From the UHGV virus genome UHGV-0090440: a stretch of 64,000 nt of DNA; one strand, 5' to 3'. Under the pieces are notes generated by a model. The model was not told where the DNA came from. It worked only from the letters and a program-made list of their open reading frames with translations, and did not search any database. The number at the start of each line of letters is the position of its first letter. Position 1 is the stretch's first letter. The DNA is from a virus. Below, piece after piece: positions 56,400 through 64,000 of the stretch. Made by a program: the position numbers and the translations under genes.

Positions 56400-58097
56400 T
56401 CACTTTTTTTCGTTAACCTTGCCTGTCAGCATGTCGATAGCACCTTCTTTGGCACGAGTCAGACGCAGGCGGGTGAAGTAGTTTTCACCGTTGCGAGGAT
56501 GTACTTCGTTGATAGCACTGCCCCAGAGAGTGGTACGGTTAACGAGAGACGGATTGGTTTCGTGAACGTAAGGGATTGCTGGGACTGCATCACCAGCAAT
56601 CAGACCGGCTTTACCGATGCCTTCGCCACGCCCATAGAAGAAGATGTCATCCAGCCCGAAGTCATATCCCTGTGCCAGGAATTGCTCACAGACAGGTTGC
56701 GGCACTTCGTAAATACGAATCGTGCCAAACAGGGTGCCGATGTACTGTACATACGGCGACTGAACGTAACCTGGTGCGATCTGGAAGTGCTGTGGAGGCA
56801 GAGAGCGCAGGAAGTTCGCGGCGTCACTACCAGCAAAGCCGCCACGAATACCCGTTGTCAGGGTACGATTTGCCATTTCTTGAGACAGAGCGTTTACTGC
56901 GTGACGCAGGAGGCCGACCCAGGACTCATAGTTTTGAGCTTCCGGCAGAGCCACATCAAATTCACGACCATAAACGGTATGGAATACCAGGGTGCGCAGA
57001 CGCATGATGTCGGTTTCATGGGAGATCCAGTTACGCATCGCGGAGAACTGAAGTGCCGCTAATTCAAGGCCGTGCTCACGGCTTAAATCGGATGCGGACA
57101 TTACCGTGTGTTCGGAAGCAAGTACGTACTGGGACGGACGAACTTCGTACTTACGCATAGCCTGGTTGATCACCGGAATCAGGCTTGGATTGCGCTCGAT
57201 GTTAATTTCGACCTGAACAGCAATTTCAGTACCTACTGGCGGAGCCTGGGTAAATGTAATGTCAATGACACCAGTGTCATAGGCAACTTTGGCAGTCGCT
57301 GAGAAAGTATTACCTTTGCTGTCTTTAGCATTGAAATAAAGGTTGCCATCGCCGTCGTCAACTTTGGACGGTTTGCGGTTGATCAGCAGTTTGTTATAAC
57401 CAGCGCGAAGCGGGCAGGATTGTCCCTCAAATTTTTGGATGTTGAACTGGAAGGTTTTGGTGCTGCCATCCCCTTTAGTGGAAAGGGCATACAGGCGCTT
57501 CATTTGAGAATAAACACCAGCTGACTGCATATTCAGTTCGTCACCTTGGTTGAAGGTGCCGAATTTTGTGCCTGCTACGTTGACCAGTTCATAAATATTT
57601 GACTCGTCACGATCACAAGGAACAAAAGTACAGGCATCACTGGTAGCAGCGCCCAGAGAAGCAGGCAGAATTAGAGCAGCATATTGAGCAACTTTCATTA
57701 CGCCGTCAGAGCTACGCATTGATTGCGCGACAGACTCAAACATTGCCTTACCCGTGCCTTCATGGGTATCACTGGCACATTCAGTCATCAGGCGTTCAAG
57801 AGCCAGGTGTGCGTTCGCCAGGATGTCACTTGCCGGGTAATGACCATGTTGACGTTTATACTCATGCAGAGACATAGCCCACCCACCAGTGATCTGACGA
57901 GCGACCTCTGGATTTACGCCTTCAAACATAGGCACTTTCTGGATTGCTTTATCCAGGTTTTCCATCATTACTGCCTGGTCAGCAATCATGTTGCCTGCTG
58001 CATCGGTGGTCGGATCGACGGTCATAGCCATGACGCTTGCCGCCCGATTCATAATCTCGCGCTCGCGATCACGAGCTGGCTGAATGTTTTTATTCAC
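56400..58097 (-). CDS. major capsid protein candidate
   Basis: 565 aa, first gene of the operon; could alternatively be the sheath. Confidence 0.4.
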   Translation of the reverse strand: MNKNIQPARDREREIMNRAASVMAMTVDPTTDAAGNMIADQAVMMENLDKAIQKVPMFEGVNPEVARQITGGWAMSLHEYKRQHGHYPASDILANAHLALERLMTECASDTHEGTGKAMFESVAQSMRSSDGVMKVAQYAALILPASLGAATSDACTFVPCDRDESNIYELVNVAGTKFGTFNQGDELNMQSAGVYSQMKRLYALSTKGDGSTKTFQFNIQKFEGQSCPLRAGYNKLLINRKPSKVDDGDGNLYFNAKDSKGNTFSATAKVAYDTGVIDITFTQAPPVGTEIAVQVEINIERNPSLIPVINQAMRKYEVRPSQYVLASEHTVMSASDLSREHGLELAALQFSAMRNWISHETDIMRLRTLVFHTVYGREFDVALPEAQNYESWVGLLRHAVNALSQEMANRTLTTGIRGGFAGSDAANFLRSLPPQHFQIAPGYVQSPYVQYIGTLFGTIRIYEVPQPVCEQFLAQGYDFGLDDIFFYGRGEGIGKAGLIAGDAVPAIPYVHETNPSLVNRTTLWGSAINEVHPRNGENYFTRLRLTRAKEGAIDMLTGKVNEKK

Positions 58098-58226
58098 GGT
58101 TAAGCCCTAAATTCGGGCGCGGCGTGAAGGTTCTTTTGACGGGCTAACAATACCTACTTTGTGATTTAGTCAATAGTTTTAGTAAAATAAAATCTATTAA
58201 CAGTCACGTTGTTATGTGATTTAATT

Positions 58227-58240
58227 TTAATTTTCTAACA
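58227..58240 (-). promoter_or_regulatory. recurrent 14-bp motif site (exact consensus TGTTAGAAAATTAA)
   Basis: In the divergent region between the capsid-candidate operon and the 58256 gene, 16 bp before the latter's ATG. Confidence 0.4.
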
Positions 58241-58255
58241 CAAAATATTAGAGTT

Positions 58256-58648
58256 ATGGCGTATCGAATCTTTGTTTCGTATAAAAATGGCGCTAAGAGC
58301 CACTCTCTGAACACAACAAGTCGCTTTCTTGTTGAGGCGCAGTTGGCATCAATTCTTGCCGAAAGTGAGATACTCTCGCTCGCTGAACGGATCGTTATCC
58401 AGTTTTCTGGTAGAGATATACTCAATGTCCCCACCCTCACCCCGGCATCCGAAGTTATGGAATCAATTAAATGGCCTGTATGCGGATGTCCTGCCAGGGT
58501 TGAAGAGCCGGTAACTGCAACGCTCTACATGCCGAAAGCTGTAAGAGATTGGCTTGCTATGGTTGGCAATGGGAAAGTCAGTGCTGGACTTCGCAAGTTA
58601 ATTGAAATGGCAGATATTCCTGAGTTAAAAAATGCATGGCGACAATGA
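58256..58648 (+). CDS. hypothetical protein
   Basis: 130-aa ORF. Confidence 0.5.
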   Translation: MAYRIFVSYKNGAKSHSLNTTSRFLVEAQLASILAESEILSLAERIVIQFSGRDILNVPTLTPASEVMESIKWPVCGCPARVEEPVTATLYMPKAVRDWLAMVGNGKVSAGLRKLIEMADIPELKNAWRQ

Positions 58649-58664
58649 GTAAACAAGGGACAAA

Positions 58665-59123
58665 ATGAGTCACGTTAACCCCTCAAAAACACAATATCGC
58701 TTAATGCTGGCGATCGCGTCAGCTATACCAACCAGCCTGAATCCCCCGACAGGCTATCCCGCTGTTGTTGATGATTGTTTTCAGTATTACGGAGAAGACA
58801 TCCTGAGCCAGTCAAAAGCGCTCAAGCAGTTATGTAAGGCAGGTATTCTTCACTGTATCGGAGATCCGGACGATTTTGTTGTTATGCTGGCGGATCGTGA
58901 CTCTTTTCTACTGTCCTGGAAAGCTGGTGCGCGCGAAGCACGTTTGGGGAATGGTATTGGTTACATAGACTATAGCGATTGCCCGCTGGCATTTGCTGGT
59001 GGATATATGCATTGGCATGAGCGAAATAGGGGCCGTCAGCGTCAGTATCGTTTGAGTGACTTTAACGTCTGTCACGGTTTCGAAGAAGCTGACAGCCAGG
59101 ACATCTGGCTTCAGGAGCCTTGA
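58665..59123 (+). CDS. hypothetical protein
   Basis: 152-aa ORF coupled to the 58256 gene. Confidence 0.5.
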   Translation: MSHVNPSKTQYRLMLAIASAIPTSLNPPTGYPAVVDDCFQYYGEDILSQSKALKQLCKAGILHCIGDPDDFVVMLADRDSFLLSWKAGAREARLGNGIGYIDYSDCPLAFAGGYMHWHERNRGRQRQYRLSDFNVCHGFEEADSQDIWLQEP

Positions 59124-59443
59124 TCCCCCTTCCCTTCCCAAATCTCCCTGTTTTTTTGGTTATTCAGTGCGTTTCGTTGGTTGCATTCGTCGATCGTGCT
59201 GAATAACTGTTCAGCGTATGTCGGATACTTGTTTAACAGCACTGGCGTGTCTTCTGGCACTAAACAAGGGGAGTAGTCAATCAGATTTGCCTGCGGCCTG
59301 CTGGTGGCTTCTACGGTAATTTTCACTGGCACGCTGGTTGATGGCTTTTGCCCGTTCCCGCTGCATCCTGATAACGTCATCAGGCACACGTACATCGTTA
59401 ATCCCAGCACGGCGTAACGCATTTTCAAGACGAGTGATTTCAT
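59111..59443 (-). CDS. o-spanin candidate (outer-membrane lipoprotein)
   Basis: 110 aa; signal peptide with lipobox LSGC, Pro-rich mature part; starts inside the i-spanin gene in another frame and extends past it. Confidence 0.5.
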   Translation of the reverse strand: MKSLVLKMRYAVLGLTMYVCLMTLSGCSGNGQKPSTSVPVKITVEATSRPQANLIDYSPCLVPEDTPVLLNKYPTYAEQLFSTIDECNQRNALNNQKNREIWEGKGDQGS

Positions 59444-59735
59444 TCTGGCTTTCCTCCCGTTGTTTGATTAGGTTGGCATTCAGTTCTGCTGTTTTGCGTT
59501 GGTACTCCTTTTCCAGTGCTTTAATTCTTTCGTTTTCGGTCAGCAAGGCTGAGCGAGCGTTCTCACTTAACTGTAATGCTGTAGAAAGCGTGTTGTTCGT
59601 GCTTTCCAGTTGTGATTTTGAGTCTTCAAGCGATCGGACATACCTGATGTGTTCGATAACTGCCGTCGTTGTTCGGTAAATTCCAGAAATGGCTAAAAGA
59701 GCAATTACAATCAAAATTATCTTTTTCAAAACCAT
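59277..59735 (-). CDS. i-spanin candidate
   Basis: 152 aa; N-terminal transmembrane anchor then charged coiled coil, as in Rz-type spanins. Confidence 0.5.
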   Translation of the reverse strand: MVLKKIILIVIALLAISGIYRTTTAVIEHIRYVRSLEDSKSQLESTNNTLSTALQLSENARSALLTENERIKALEKEYQRKTAELNANLIKQREESQNEITRLENALRRAGINDVRVPDDVIRMQRERAKAINQRASENYRRSHQQAAGKSD

Positions 59736-59805
59736 CCTCTTCAGGTTTACTATTGGTGTTAAACATGTACCAATTTACATCCTTTTGTGTTCCTAAGTGG
59801 TGTTG

Positions 59806-60609
59806 CTATTGTTCCTTTTTGGTGTTCTTTTGGAGCGCATCGATAACGCCTTGTGGCATGATTAAACTGATTGCCGGACTCATTACTGCATCATCCAGTA
59901 GAGAACCAGTTAACGTGATGGCGACAGCGTTCTCTAAACCTTTGGTTGCCTGAGTGGTTGACGTTTTAATGCGACCTGTAAGGGCTACGACACTCTCACT
60001 TGCTGAGTTAATTTCGGAGAGTAAAACTTCGGCGGCTGTCACTGCTTCCCGTAGAGCATCAATTTCATCCTGAGTAATGACCGGAGCCTGAGCGCCCCCA
60101 GCACCACCCTGTCCACTATTGCTATCACCACCAGCACTTCCAGCAGCTTCTATTTTTGCGTTAATGGCGTTCATGGCAGTTTTCAGAGCATCAAGTTTTA
60201 GCGCCGTCAATGCGTCCGTTAGAGATTGCGGAATGGAAACATTCCCCATCCCCTCAACAAGGGCGAAAGCAGGTATGGGGGCCAGCTCGTTACCTTTTAC
60301 GTAGCATTCCCAGCCAATCTTCATCTGTAACAGCTCTGATGGCTTGGTGTATGGGGAAAGAGAATCAGCCAGTAATGAAGACGCTTTGCTGGCCTCATTT
60401 AGCTGTTCAGAAAAGCCAAGCAATTGAGTAGTCCAGGCCGAAACAGAATCAGGATAGGTTTTATCGGCGTGAACTATTCCCTGTATGGCGCTGGCGAGTG
60501 ATGAGGCTTTTACAGACGCTGCCCGGCTTATGGTTATAGATTCTGGTGTAGAGATACCGGCATCTGACAGAATTTTGAAGGCTTTAACTTCACCTATTGA
60601 ATCAAGCAT
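59806..60609 (-). CDS. tail/baseplate-associated protein candidate
   Basis: ORF track start 60708; ATG 60609 overlapping the PAAR stop preferred (268 aa); Gly-rich linker. Confidence 0.4.
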   Translation of the reverse strand: MLDSIGEVKAFKILSDAGISTPESITISRAASVKASSLASAIQGIVHADKTYPDSVSAWTTQLLGFSEQLNEASKASSLLADSLSPYTKPSELLQMKIGWECYVKGNELAPIPAFALVEGMGNVSIPQSLTDALTALKLDALKTAMNAINAKIEAAGSAGGDSNSGQGGAGGAQAPVITQDEIDALREAVTAAEVLLSEINSASESVVALTGRIKTSTTQATKGLENAVAITLTGSLLDDAVMSPAISLIMPQGVIDALQKNTKKEQ

Positions 60610-60893
60610 TATGCAACCTGAAAAATATCCTCGCCGTTGGCGATAACAGAACCACAAGAAAGCGGATCGCCTACACAGACAACTCCCTTTCCACCTATCG
60701 AAAACCATACTCGCGTCGATACAGCTGCCCCTGGATGTGCACTGTTACCGTCCGTGTGACTGGGAAACATGGCACCATCTACAACAATTGGCTTACCGTT
60801 AACGGTGAACCAGGGAACAGTTTCAGCTACCAGTCGCGGCGGAAATCCTCCGTGACCAGAACAAAGGGTGTCGCTGGTGGCTATTGCGCTCAT
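60609..60893 (-). CDS. PAAR-repeat spike-tip protein
   Basis: 94 aa with PAAR-like Gly/Pro/His/Cys pattern (CSGHGGFPP, PSHTDGNSAHPGA, CVGDPLSCGS). Confidence 0.55.
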   Translation of the reverse strand: MSAIATSDTLCSGHGGFPPRLVAETVPWFTVNGKPIVVDGAMFPSHTDGNSAHPGAAVSTRVWFSIGGKGVVCVGDPLSCGSVIANGEDIFQVA

Positions 60894-60974
60894 TCTTCAC
60901 CTCCGGGTTATCCTCCTATTGTCATCACTTTGTTATTTCGTCATTCAAACTGAGAGTTAAATTTCGGAATATTT

Positions 60975-61135
60975 CTGTATTCTCACTTCATTCTCAAATA
61001 AATCTCACTGTCAGACCATAATTCATTGGGTGATTAAGGTATTCTCAAAATGAACTCAATAATCACTCCTTTTTATCTCTTTTGGTGTGGATTTTTGGGT
61101 GCTTCTCTTTTAAAATTGCATTTTGGTTCTCAAAT
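60975..61135. promoter_or_regulatory. parC-like centromere/promoter region
   Basis: Iterated (A/G)TTCTCA(A/C) elements (60978, 60990, 61040, 61125) plus degenerate copies, upstream of parM. Confidence 0.45.
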
Positions 61136-61159
61136 GTGTCTCAGAAGTGGAGCAAGAAG

Positions 61160-62116
61160 ATGCGCATTTTTATCGATGATGGTTCAACCAATATCAAAAT
61201 GCTGTGGGAGCACGACGGGGAAACTCGCACTCACATCAGCCCTAACAGCTTTAAGCGCGGATGGTCAGCAACATTTGGTGCTGGCAAGCCGTTTAACTAT
61301 GTCATTGACGACGAAAAGTATTCGTATGATTTGATCTCGCCAGATGTTCTGCCGACGAATAACGTGGAATGGCAATACAGCCCGCTTAACGTCCTGGCTG
61401 TTCACCATGCCCTGCTGACAAGTGGCATTGAGCCGCAGGAAGTAGAAATTGTGGTCACGCTGCCTCTGGCGGAGTTTTACGACGACGACGCGCAATACAA
61501 TCTCGATAACATCGAGCGCAAGAAAGCCAGTCTTATGCGCCCCGTCACGCTGAATAAAGGCAATGTGTTCACGATTAAGAAAGTTACGGTACGACCGGAG
61601 TCTATTCCGGCAGGAATTGGCCTGTGCGACAATCTGAACCCTGCCCATTCTGTTCTTATCGTCGATTTGGGTGGAACTACCCTTGATGTTTCAATGGTCG
61701 CCGGGCAAATGACGGCAGTTTCCCGTGTTTTTGGCGATTCGAATCTTGGTGTATCACTGGTCACCAGGGAAGTAAGGCAAGCACTTGCAAGGGCCAATAC
61801 CGAAACGTCAAATTACAATGTCGATCAGCTCATTATTAACCGCCACGATGAAGATTATCTGAACGACAATATCAATGACCCATCAGCGATTGATGATGTG
61901 AAAAAGGCCATTGCCGCAAGCATTGACCGTTTGTGTACCCGCGTTCTTGATGTGATTGGCGACTTTAAAGGATATACGCATGTCATGGTGATCGGTGGTG
62001 GCGCACCGCTGGTGGCAGATGCAATTCGCGAGCAAGTTAATATTCGTGATGACCGTTTCTTCGTGGCGGATGACCCGCAACTTGCTCTTGTTCATGGCCT
62101 GAAAGCAATCGGTTAA
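61160..62116 (+). CDS. parM: ParM/StbA actin-like partition ATPase
   Basis: ORF track start 61082; ATG 61160 (MRIFIDDGSTNIKM) preferred; near-colinear with R1 ParM as recalled (ISPNSFKR, VNVLAVHHALLTSG, LIVDLGGTTLDVS, YTHVMVIGGGA). Confidence 0.85.
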   Translation: MRIFIDDGSTNIKMLWEHDGETRTHISPNSFKRGWSATFGAGKPFNYVIDDEKYSYDLISPDVLPTNNVEWQYSPLNVLAVHHALLTSGIEPQEVEIVVTLPLAEFYDDDAQYNLDNIERKKASLMRPVTLNKGNVFTIKKVTVRPESIPAGIGLCDNLNPAHSVLIVDLGGTTLDVSMVAGQMTAVSRVFGDSNLGVSLVTREVRQALARANTETSNYNVDQLIINRHDEDYLNDNINDPSAIDDVKKAIAASIDRLCTRVLDVIGDFKGYTHVMVIGGGAPLVADAIREQVNIRDDRFFVADDPQLALVHGLKAIG

Positions 62117-62123
62117 CGAGGTA

Positions 62124-62468
62124 ATGTCCATGTCTCAGGAACGTAAGAAAGTGATGATTTATCTTCGCCCAGAGGCTTATGCCAATGAAAAGGCGGCGAG
62201 CGAGAAGATAAAAAAACATAGCGATATGGCAAGAACCGCATTGTTGGCAGGGCTTGCGCTGGGAGAAGTCGATAGCAGGCTTCCAGGATTACTGGCTTCC
62301 CTGCTGACCGAAGATAATAATCCGGAGCTGATCCGAAAAATGCTGGCATCCTTCCTGGAACTACCAGCTGCGGCTGAGGAGCGCCCTGCCTCCATTGAGC
62401 CAGCGAAGGAGCAAGTTGTTGCCAAAAGCGCGTCGGCGCGCAATCTGGCTGACTCTCTACCTGATTGA
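62124..62468 (+). CDS. parR: ParR-like centromere-binding protein
   Basis: 114 aa directly after parM; shares the ALLAGLAL...LLASLLTE pattern with R1 ParR as recalled. Confidence 0.6.
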   Translation: MSMSQERKKVMIYLRPEAYANEKAASEKIKKHSDMARTALLAGLALGEVDSRLPGLLASLLTEDNNPELIRKMLASFLELPAAAEERPASIEPAKEQVVAKSASARNLADSLPD

Positions 62469-62486
62469 CAGAAGATGTGCTGGTTT

Positions 62487-62512
62487 AAGGCTGCAAATTG
62501 CAGCCTTTTTTA
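62487..62512 (+). terminator. intrinsic terminator
   Basis: AAGGCTGCA-AAT-TGCAGCCTT followed by TTTTTAT, 20 bp after the parR stop. Confidence 0.6.
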
Positions 62513-62520
62513 TGCCTTAA

Positions 62521-62592
62521 TGGTGCCTAATTGGTGTTAATCTGGCACCAGTTAGGTGCTGTTATGGTGCAGTTTTGTATCTGGTTCCAATT
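62521..62592. promoter_or_regulatory. candidate operator/centromere for the ParA system
   Basis: Repeated TGGTGC/GCACCA elements (62521, 62544, 62555, 62565) and TGGTTCCAATT (62582-62592). Confidence 0.35.
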
Positions 62593-62755
62593 TGGGGCTG
62601 ATTTCGTGTTAAACAGGATGCAATATAAGGTGTATTTGGTCTGATTGATGTTATACTTTGCCAAACATTCATGACTCCATTATAGAGCCTGTCCCGCATC
62701 AAAAAGGCTCTTATCTGGAACCGTTTTGATACCAAAATCACACCGAGGAACGGAT

Positions 62756-63397
62756 ATGATTATATTGGTAGCCAGCCAAAAAGGTGGCTGTGGCAAATCA
62801 ACCACCAGCGTAAATATTTGTGCGGAGCTTGCCCGCGCAAATAAGGACGTAGTTCTACTTGATGCAGATAAGCAAGGAACATCTGCCCGTTGGGCATCGG
62901 ACCGTAATGCGGCAGAGGTTTCTCCAGTAATTCATTGCGTCCAGAAGTTTGGGAATATTCGTGAAACACTTCTTGATCTGGACAAGCGTTATGAATTTGT
63001 GGTTGTTGATACCGCTGGTCGTGATAGCAAAGAAATGCGCACCGGTATTACTGCGGCGGATGTTTTGCTTGTTCCATTCAGGCCATCTCAGCCAGATTTA
63101 GACACTCTGGCGCATTTTGTTGAAGTCTTTGAAGAGGCTTTGGATCTGATGCCTAATCCTAGCATTAAGGCGTGCGCAGTCTTAACAATGGCCCCATCCA
63201 ATCCGGTTGTGAATGAAGCCAATGAGGCCAAAGAGTACCTGGCTGAATATCCGCAACTGAAGTTGCTGAAAACCATCATTCGCGATCGCAAGGTTTACCG
63301 CGATTGTATGGCTGAAGGGAAGGGCGTTGTTGAGATGGACAACGGGAAAGCTAAAGGTGAAATCCAGATGTTGGTTAAGGAGTTATTAAGTGATTAA
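62756..63397 (+). CDS. parA: ParA/ParF-type partition ATPase
   Basis: ORF track start 62726; ATG 62756 preferred (GAGGAA RBS); deviant Walker A KGGCGKST; about 213 aa. Confidence 0.8.
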   Translation: MIILVASQKGGCGKSTTSVNICAELARANKDVVLLDADKQGTSARWASDRNAAEVSPVIHCVQKFGNIRETLLDLDKRYEFVVVDTAGRDSKEMRTGITAADVLLVPFRPSQPDLDTLAHFVEVFEEALDLMPNPSIKACAVLTMAPSNPVVNEANEAKEYLAEYPQLKLLKTIIRDRKVYRDCMAEGKGVVEMDNGKAKGEIQMLVKELLSD

Positions 63398-63677
63398 GCC
63401 TCGTAAATCGGTAAAAGCCCCCGAAGTAAAAGACCTCGATCTTGAACGCCGAATTGAGGCTTTTGCCAGCAAAGCTGATTTGGTGCCGGGTGAGCAACCA
63501 GAAGACAACAAAGTGCTCGATAAGGACGCCCCACGTGATTTTAAATCCATTCGTGTTGGCTTCAATGAATACGAGTACCAGGTACTTGATGCGTTAAGCA
63601 AAAAGCATAATCGCAGCAAATTGAATATGATCCGCCATGCTATCCTCATGTTAGCGGAGTCTGAGGAAGCAAAATAA
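63390..63677 (+). CDS. small ribbon-helix-helix partition adaptor (ParG-like)
   Basis: 95 aa, GTG start overlapping the parA stop with AAGGAG RBS; C-terminus fits an RHH fold (KLNMIRHAILMLAE). Confidence 0.55.
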   Translation: MIKPRKSVKAPEVKDLDLERRIEAFASKADLVPGEQPEDNKVLDKDAPRDFKSIRVGFNEYEYQVLDALSKKHNRSKLNMIRHAILMLAESEEAK

Positions 63678-63721
63678 AGTCTTTCAGGGTGGTTTTAGAA
63701 CTTAAAAAATCTTGAACCAAA

Positions 63722-63777
63722 GATGCACCAATACACTACTAATTTGGTGCACCTTTACATCCTTTTTGGTTCCAATT
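63722..63777. promoter_or_regulatory. candidate downstream centromere-like site
   Basis: Palindrome GCACCAAT...ATTTGGTGC (63725-63751) and a second copy of TGGTTCCAATT (63767-63777). Confidence 0.3.
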
Positions 63778-63946
63778 GTGTACCATTTTTCATTAATTTA
63801 CTTATGCGCAAAAGTGGGCTTCATGAAAAAGCTCATTATTGAAATAACGATAGAAAGCAATTTCTAATCAACTAGTGGTTGTCAGCCTATTCGGCTTATA
63901 AGATCATACGCTGTTATACGTTTTTTACGCTTTGAGGAATCCACAA

Positions 63947-64000
63947 TGAGTGAGGCAGAAGCCCGCCCGACTAACTTTATTCGTCAGATCATCGATGAAG
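63947..64000 (+). CDS. glnS: glutaminyl-tRNA synthetase-like ORF, first 18 codons only
   Basis: Translation MSEAEARPTNFIRQIIDE matches the E. coli GlnRS N-terminus as recalled; truncated by the window end. Confidence 0.55.

Noticed and set aside
1-64000. Identity with phage P1 itself, and search for exact loxP or P1 C1-operator sequences
   Set aside because: Gene content is P1-type, but the Cre homologue, iterons, partition systems and operator-like motif all differ from P1 as I recall it; no exact loxP was seen. This is a relative, not P1.
1-64000. Insertion sequences, integrases, antibiotic-resistance genes, CRISPR-Cas or restriction-modification genes
   Set aside because: No transposase, phage-type integrase, Cas-like or restriction enzyme signatures were recognised by eye; the only methyltransferase is the DarB N-terminal module.

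Overview
This window reads as a large segment of a P1-type temperate myovirus / phage-plasmid, mosaic relative to P1 itself. All assignments come from reading the sequence and the supplied ORF translations; comparisons to P1, R1 and E. coli proteins are from memory and no search was run. Left to right: a dUTPase operon; a diverged Cre-like recombinase with a candidate lox-type site; a gene in the c1 position; PacA/PacB-like terminase with a GATC-rich candidate pac site; a tRNA island (Ile-CAU, Thr, Tyr, Asn, plus an atypical Ser-like candidate) packed with structured non-coding elements; an SPFH lipoprotein operon; an accessory island with a VRR-NUC nuclease; a 2305-aa DarB-like methyltransferase-helicase; a virion-protein operon; Cin invertase with an invertible tail-fibre C-segment bounded by perfect 137-bp inverted repeats; baseplate and tape-measure genes; an iteron-type RepA replicon; head/tail structural genes; a spanin pair and PAAR protein; two tandem partition systems (ParMR and ParA/RHH); and, at the right edge, the first 18 codons of a glnS-like gene. 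No single clearly novel system can be proven from sequence alone. The best leads are a recurrent 14-bp operator-like motif, the lox-like site, the structured-RNA family around the tRNAs, and the uncharacterised gene island between the tRNAs and darB.
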